This document shows, one piece after another, positions 53,572 to 64,000 of a stretch of 64,000 bases of DNA. This stretch comes from the human T2T-CHM13v2.0 reference genome, Homo sapiens: assembly GCF_009914755.1 (NCBI RefSeq), contig NC_060926.1; one strand, written 5' to 3'. The notes below the pieces were generated by a model, which was given only the letters and a program-made list of their open reading frames with translations, had not been told where the DNA came from and searched no databases. A program made the position numbers and the translations under genes. Numbering within the stretch: the first letter of the stretch is position 1; the number at the start of each line of letters is the position of its first letter.

Positions 53572-53897
53572 GAAATGACATTTTAAAACCAACTATTACG
53601 TACACAGATATATGATGCTCTCTGATTGTTTTATCTAAAAATAGGAGTGCCTTAGGTTTATTGGCTCATTTTGTTTTATCAAACAACTTAAATGCAGTTG
53701 TGAATATTTTTGTCTACCCTCATAACCTGAGAATTTAGAATGAATATAATTATTGCCATTTTCACAAGTAAAATTGGAACGAGAATATAAAACAGTGGAA
53801 TACAGGTGCAGCTAAGAGTAGCAGAGGTAAGCCATCTATAGAATATTAAAATTTCTTCCATGTGTGTTGTTAGAAATCTATAAAACCAAAATTTTTT

Positions 53898-54208
<311 letters not shown>

Positions 54209-55112
54209 CAACATTTGCTAATACAAGGAAACTCACTAAGCTTTATAAGGCCCCCATCCCTCCAAGTATTATCCTTTCCGGCTGCCCCAACATTAATGAC
54301 AGCAACTGGTACTAGCCATCTGACATACAATCCCAGTACATTTTTGGGCTCTGATGTTTTCTAGGAATTTTTTCTTTACAGACTTATTGAAATTAAGCTC
54401 TATTCCCTGAAGACCTGGTTTTCATAAACTGTATAGTTTTGCAGTTGAGGGGAAATGGTCTTAGGTCAGTCAATCCACTGTTGACACAGAAATGAAATGA
54501 GGTAACGGTAGGATTATTGTTAAGATTGAGAGATGTATGAATCATCCTATGCTCTTTCCCAGCCCCCAGGTGACCATATAATTAAAATATCCTTGATATT
54601 TCTATGTAGTTTAAGTTTTTAATTCTAGAACCCCTCAATCTTTCTCTATTCAACTTAAATGAAAAGACATTTGAGTATCCAGAAGACACTCAGCACTCAG
54701 AAGCAAAGGAAGAAAAATGGAAACATAATGGTCAATGCCCATGTTCTACCCCAGGATCAAATGAGGCATTAATATTGAGAGTTGTGATTCTGAATGAGTC
54801 TTAACCTCATGTACATCTTAGTTGTTCAAAAATGTGTCATGTCAGCAAGGTGGTAACAGTGAAGATTTTCTACAATCAAAATAGTATAGTTATGTTCTGT
54901 TGTATAAAATAGAAATAAATGGACCACATTGATCAGAAAAATCACCCTAGCATATTCCGACAGCTTAATTTTTAAAAAGCTATGTTATATTAACAATTTA
55001 ACCACATAGATCTGTCAGCTAGAATACATGTTGCATATTTAATTGACAATAATTTTTTTTGCTCTCTCAGAGAGTTGTAGATAGATTTTGGGGTTATCAA
55101 ATGGTTCTGACT

Positions 55113-55409
55113 TCTTTTTTTTTTTTTTTTTTGAGATGGAGTCTTGCTCTGTCACCAGGCTGGAGTGCAGTGGCAAGATCTCAGCTTACTGCAACCTTTG
55201 CTCCCTGGTTTAAGTGATTCTCCTGCCTCAGCCTCCTGAATAGCTGGGATTACAGGCGCACGCCACCATGCCCAGCTAATTTTTGTATTTTTAGTAGAGA
55301 CGGGGTTTCACCATGTTGGCCAGGATGGTCTCAATCTCCTGACCTCATGATCTGCCCGCCATGGCCTCCCAAAATGCTGGGATTACAGGCATGAGTGACT
55401 GTGCCCGGC
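55113..55409 (-). mobile_element. AluS element
   Basis: Poly(T), reverse Alu, TSD tggttctgac. Confidence 0.92.
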
Positions 55410-58008
55410 TGGTTCTGACATATTTTTAAGAAAGACTAGGCTGATGCTATGGTAACTCAGTTATACATGATACATGTCATCTTGTAAGTAGGAGTATTCA
55501 ATATTCATGGTTTTGAAGCAATTTCAGAGTACTATAATCACCACACTTGACAGACTTCAGAATTCATTGAAAATCTCTGGAAATAATTAGCAATTTGTTA
55601 TCATAGACTCTAAACAGACCTTCAAAATGCATTACATAGATTTGGTAAAACAGATTGTCAGTCTGCCAAAAGTAATCACCTTGGTTTGATTTGCATTGAA
55701 GGAAAATTTTAAAATGTAAAGCTAAACTCTTCAGGATCACTGCACTGGGTTTCTATAGGACAACACTGAACAGGGCTGCCACTGAAACACCTTGGAGGAG
55801 AGCCTCAAACTCCCTGAACACAGCTTCCAGCACACTACTGGGAGAATGATTGGGACTCAAAAATATGTGCAATGAATGTACTTACGAGCTTGTTGGAAAG
55901 GAAGTAAAGAGGTTGTATGTAATTACCTCAAATTAATACTACTACAGATAAAGTAGTAATCAGTACTGACAAAGTAATAGTAGCGCTAAAGTAGTACTAA
56001 TAGCCCTATACTAGTAGTAGTAATAAAGTGGCATCGCTATTGATTCTATCCGTCTACCTACCTACCTGTCTGGATGGGAGGGCATAGGATTTGACTGTAA
56101 GATTGGGCTTAGCAGTGAAGACAAAAGAGCTCATGCATGCTTTGGACAGGTACGCGCTCAAACTTGGTATCATGTGACTGTTCTGAATTCCAGAACCAAG
56201 GCTAAAAGGTGGAAGTTTTGTTTGACTGTGTCTCACATTTTCCTTTTGGTCTATTGTCTAACACATGTTGCTAGAATTCTTTTTACTCTGACTACCTTTT
56301 ATGTATAGACAACGCCATTATTGACGAGATCACTCCCAAGCGGATTGGAGATTGTCCCAATACTTAGACCTGTAGCAAGGCCTTGGGAGAAATGGTGGTG
56401 CAGCAGGAGAGCAGGAACCTAACCATTGCCATCCTAAGGCCCTGCATTGTGCGGAGCAACGTGGCACCAGCTTTTCCTGGTAAGCCCACTTACCTGGATT
56501 CTGTGTTTTGCTTTCAAACTAAGGTTCTTCTAGCCCAATTATTTTCTGATGTCTTTCTTCTTCTTCTTCTCCTCAGGATTTATAGCTAAGTGCAGCCAAT
56601 CAAATATTAACCCATTATACTAGGGCAAAATTCCACTTTGGGATCATGCGGCTCTTCTGGCAGTTACCCTATCTTAGAGTTGGATGGAGATCTTAAATTA
56701 GCTTCTAACTACTCTAGTCTCAAAATTCCCATGGGTGATGTTTTCATATCTTGGCTTTCCCACTGTAGCTTAAACATATCAGAATGTTCTTGATGGCCAA
56801 ATTGGTAGTATTGCAACTAACTGCCAGGGTTACAAAGCTCACAGAAGGATCTCAGTTTGGGAGTACTAATTTTTTTTAACCTCAGTATACTGCTATGTCC
56901 TTTTGAAAGTACTTTGAATTATACCATCTTCTTCAAAGCAAGTCCGTGAAGCTTTGAGGGCAGATACATTCCAGCTCCACCACTTACTGGCAATGCAACA
57001 TTTTTGAGTTGTTCTTTCGGTAGAACAGGACAGATACTACTTTGGAGAGTTGGTTTAATGAGACAATGTATGAGGAGTGCTCAATCTCTAGTAAAAGGTA
57101 GATCCCTACTAAAAGGCTCAACGAATATTAGTCCCTTCATCTTCTCTTCCCGTATATCTGGTCTCCCATTATACGCATTTCGACTTTTATACTGTAAGGT
57201 AAAGAGACGGCTTAGGGCTTAGGAAACAAACTGAAAAATACATTTCCCTCTAACTACTCTTAAGCATAATCTTTCCTGTAACATCTTTAAGCAAGTCAAT
57301 ACACATTATTACCAATCATGTTTTCAATGTTCTCCTAAGGAGGCTAAAATCAGGAATGAGGTGAAGTATGGTTGGTGAATTGCTTAGCAGATCATGATAT
57401 AAGGACAAGGTCCATTGTAGCCCTTAAGTTGTCATAAAACGCCACAAAACCATTCATGACTCCTGCTACAAACAACAATCCTGGCCAAATTTTAATTCTT
57501 GCACAAACTGCAGAAAATAGCCAATGCTTTGCCATTGATCTTTGGGATCTTAATCATACTGAATTAGATAGTTCTATCGGCTGGAGTCTCAGTGCCCTTG
57601 TTTGAAATTTATTAAGATTAGACGGCAGATGTTCCAAAGATACAACAATTTTCTGAAATGTGTAACCAATGGAAATTTTCTTTCTTTTAGGGTTGGGTTG
57701 ATAATCTAAATGGATGTAGCCGACTCATTATTGCGGTATGTATAGGGATGAAGAAGTAACTGTAATGTAGTGGAGGAATAGTAAGAAAATTCTTAGTGCT
57801 GGCTTAGCTTCATTGATCCAAAAACATAAATGCTACTTTACTATCAATTGAAGCATATTATTTCAATTATTCTGGTTATAATATGGAGGCAGGATGAAAT
57901 TGTTTTTATTCTTTTAGAATTTTTTTTATCAGGAAAACAGAGGTAAAGTGCTATCAATTACTATTTAAGAGTTCTATTTTGAAAAGTCTTTAATAAGGAT
58001 TTTTCTTT

Positions 58009-60009
<2,001 letters not shown>

Positions 60010-60277
60010 AAGGATTTTGCTTTATTTATCGCAAGATGGGGGTATTTCCTCCTTCCTGCAGTTTATAATTGCATGAATTAGTGCAGTGAATTGAGGATGC
60101 AGTAAAAATATCTTCAAAGATTATTAAATTCGTTATTATAAAACACATAGAAGAGTTTATGTGTGTGTATGGAAAGCAGGTATACATCAATAATTCTTAA
60201 TGAATACAAGAAAGAACTACCAATATTGGGGCAAATTTTTCAAATACAAACATCAGTGAATATAGGCAAGGCCTTTT

Positions 60278-60354
60278 CTTTTTTATTATTCTATTTTAAG
60301 TTCTAGGGTACATGTGCACAACGTGCAGGTTTGTTACATAGGTCGACATGTGCC
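60278..60354 (-). mobile_element. Very short L1PA 3'-end insertion
   Basis: ttaagttctagggtacatgtgcacaacgtgcaggtttgttacata; TSD ggcaaggccttttc / ggcaacgccttttc. Confidence 0.85.
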
Positions 60355-63300
60355 GGCAACGCCTTTTCAATAATGTCTTACAAGGAGAAACGTGGCTCCT
60401 CTAGGTGAGCAGCCCTCAGTGCGCATCTCCCTGAAGTCCACATTGATCCGGCAGAGCTGTGGGGTTCACAGCTCACACTGAGGCATTCAGAGCCTAAACC
60501 CCACTTTACTCTTTTGTACAATGAATGGGAAATCAGTGATCTAAATGAGTTTAAATCTTATTAGGGATTCAGACTGCCCTTCAGACTCTGTCTCTATTCC
60601 TCCCAGAGCTGGGTTCAACATGAATTCAAATAGAAATATGAGACAATGAATTATGGTAGTGACAAAGACCTTCCTTCGAATTCCGGATTTTTCTAGCAGC
60701 CCCTTTCTTTCTGCTTCCCACCTGCCTTCAACTCTTTCTCCTAAAAAAGTTCAGTTGGGGTGAACGTTTGATGACTTAGAACATCATTATTTTAACGTGA
60801 TCCCAAAGCGGTTTTCATTATATGCAAAGCTGCATATTTATTCACATTTTAAAAAATGTTCTAAATTGGTTTCTTATGTCCAAAAGAAGGGGAGCTAGTT
60901 ATAAGAAAAGAGAACTGAGTAACATAAGAAAGTGCTAATCATTTCAAATTAAAGTGGGAAACATGCAAAGCAGAAAGAATGAATTTCATAAACTCAACAA
61001 ATTATTAACATAAATAATTCCAAACTCTTGTATCTATATAACATCAGTGATCTGTGAGGTGAAATGAGATTCTGAAGAAAAACTAAATAATAAGGCCATT
61101 TTTCTAAGCCAAAAAAGTTTTTGTCATTAGTTGTGGAATTTCACCAATTAATTTTTTTTCAAATAAAACTTTCTTAAACTTTTAGTGCCTACTATTGCTT
61201 GTAGGTTAGTAAGCCCTAGCAGAAAACAAAATCATTAAGGAAATGGAAAACAAACATTAATGGGAAATTTATGTAATCTTAATTCTTAACGTGTCTTATG
61301 AGTTAATTTTTAAAATATGAAGGTTTATTCTTGGTGTTTGGTAATTAAGTTTATTAATCTCTCACAAATATGAGGAATTTTATTCCCTAAAGGAACGTGA
61401 GGAACACGAGTAGTTCAAGAAAATGCTGAAGATGCGCTTGGCTGGGAAGCTAGGATAGGCTGACGAAGTCAGACTTAGTGTGGGAACCTGGTAAGCAGTG
61501 GATCGATGTTAGCTGTTTTCACTTATTGCACTAGTATAATCAGTTTGATGATACATACTTCATTCAGCCCCAGCTGTTACTTAAGACCTGGTTTCACATT
61601 TTATGTTCTTTTTCCTGTGCAGGCTGGGAAAGGGTTTCTTCTGTCCATAAAAGCTACTCCAATGGCTGTGGGAGACTTAATTCCAATTCCAGGTGATACA
61701 GCCGTCAGTCTCCCACTAGCTGTAGGATGGTGTGCTGCAGTTCACAGGTGTGGATGCTCAAGTGGGCTTTCAAAGATGTCATGAGAGGGAGGGGTTATTG
61801 TATTAGGCACATTTTCCAAATATAGGCATTTCATTGTACAAGACCCCAAATGTGAGAGGGTGTTTGTTTCAGTGTTTTATAGAGTTCCTAATATGCCATC
61901 ATATATACATTCAGTTGTTTTCAAAATACAGTTTAGTATTTGGCTACTCACAAAGTAATAAAACATTTAAATCACTTAACCATACAATTCTTGGTAACCA
62001 AAAGGCTTTTCTTTCTATTCAGTAGTTTAACATCCAGCTTTCTTTTTTAGGGCAAAGGAGATAGAAGTGGATGAAATGACAGAGTATTTTTTTAATTGTA
62101 CTCTGATTAATGCCAAAAGTGTTCAATCACTATGTGTGGGGAAGTTTCCTGGTACAAAGGAAAAAAAAACAGGTTGTTCATACACTTGGCTGTGTTAGTA
62201 AGTGGTAAACAGAATTAAACTTTTCTTATGTGAACTCACACATATGTGCTTCATGTCACTCCTATTTAACATCTCTTTCACACACACAGTCATCCCCCCC
62301 ACACATACCCTTTTGCTAGTCTTCTTCCATTTTGCTTATTAACCCAAAGAAAGAAAAAATATGGAAGCCTTCTTGCATAAGTTGCGTTAATCAGATGAAT
62401 TATTGAAGCCACTCTGTCTAAATATTATTTTCCCTTATTTTTCCTTCATTAGTTTCCCATTCTGTTGTATTTATTTAATTTTTATTTCATTTTCCAGACC
62501 TAAGTCAATGTTAGTCTACCACTGTACGTCTGGTAACCTCAATCCCTGCAACCGGAGCAAAATGTGTAAGTACTTTAGCCATGTAACTGCATAATTACTA
62601 GTGTCTGACACAGAGAAAAAATAGACAGTGTGTCATGGAGCTTAGAGCCTACATGGGGAGAAAGACAAAAAGTAAGCAAAGAGGCAAAATAATGAGAAAT
62701 TGTAAATGTGTGGTAGTTAACTAGAATGTACTGTGGTTACCAAGGAAAGCAGTCATTGGGAACACATACGTGATTGTAAGCAGTAGGGGGTCCATTGGCT
62801 ATAGAGATTTTAAAAAACAATGATGAAATAAAGCAAAAGTTGACAGTTATAAAAAATCTCAGTGATAAAATACTGAAATACTCCTCCCTGCTGGGGCAGT
62901 GGGTCCTATACACACCCCTTCCCTTCTTGATATGTCACTAAGAATGCAACGTGATCAATGACCAATGAGATTTAGAAAAGTCGGGTGATGTTATTCCTTC
63001 CTTATTGAGTGTGTAATACTGATCACTAATTTATGCAACTTGTTTCTCTTGGGTGTGCGTTAACTACTCTACTAGTGATTTGTAAAAGTGAATAGGAATC
63101 ACTATGGGAAAATAAAAACAACACGCAGATTCCTTGGACCCTGGGACCAAGGTCTTGGGTGATGCTGAGGAAACTATATTTTTAATAAGCATCTAAATGA
63201 TTCTTGATGCTTGGGGAAATGCTCTTTGAGAAACCCTGTACTATACAAATGATTAATTTGTCTGAATGTAAGGGATTTAATCTGGTCAATGTACAAAAAC

Positions 63301-64000
63301 CATGGAAATCAATTTGAGTACAACTTAAACATCTAATGATGGTAGAAGATAAAAGTAGGGAGTTTTGCTATTCTGTAGGATTACTTAGTACCTACTAACT
63401 AACGCACCCCTTCTATCCCTGTTACATAGGTACCACTAGCTCTTCATATTCCAATGATAAGTCATGGTACCGCACTGAAAGTTCTATTGCAGGGCAGCTA
63501 GACACTGTGGCTGATTTATATATTGTGACTTTGAATTGGAAAATGCTTTCCAGGAATGAAAAATGCCTGGCATGCCTGTTTCCTCTACCTCTCTCACACC
63601 TATAGCAAACACTGTGGGCTAATAAGACATTGGTTATCCCTGTGCCAAGGCTCTGTTCTAGATTCCCTTCTAACAGCATTTCTGGAAGCTATTACTATTA
63701 ATTTGATGTTGCATTCAAATTAAACTCATTGGTGTTTCCTATCTGGGACTCTTAGGAGGGATAAAAATGCTGCCTACTGGGAGCAGTAGCCATGTTAACA
63801 GGAGGTTGAGCATATATAGTCTCAGGTGATATTACAAGGAGTGATAGACAGCTGGGTGGGTGAACATGGGCTGTCTCTCCATGGAATTGTCTCCTTTAGT
63901 GTCCCTTAAGAAGAGTTTTTGATCTCCTGCATACAGGTCTTAAGCATCTTTTATCAGATTTATACCTAGGGCCTAGGTAATTGATGCTTTTTGTTTGTTT

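Noticed and set aside
53769-53783. taaaattggaacga, matching part of U6 snRNA
   Set aside because: Only ~14 nt match and the flanks do not continue U6.

Overview
Human (great-ape-type) genomic DNA from a segmental-duplication mosaic, best matching the 3' half of POTEJ (2q21) and about 40 kb downstream. On the + strand, five small POTE exons (4531-20954) splice into a last exon (22462-23790) in which an intronless ACTB retrocopy is fused in frame to an ANKRD26-like coiled-coil exon. The decayed remainder of that host exon is still visible after the actin poly(A). The introns record an intragenic tandem duplication (1-3354 vs about 13634-16830) whose junction lies inside a shared Alu, and each copy hides a 5'-truncated NOP58 retrocopy. 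Downstream are old L1 5'UTR monomers, a twin-primed L1, and an 8.1-kb tandem array (29590-37726) of ~638-bp foldback monomers (~100-bp inverted arms) organised as a ~3.16-kb higher-order repeat. After that come a scrambled MST (MaLR) region with further inversions, a 14/15-bp minisatellite, a ~280-bp inverted repeat, a three-exon CYP4F pseudogene fragment, and a FAR2 pseudogene carrying an antisense KLF2 retrocopy that is split by a trimeric Alu. Gene and family names come from recalled protein and consensus sequences, not from database searches. Most short ORFs in the track are repeat-derived noise.
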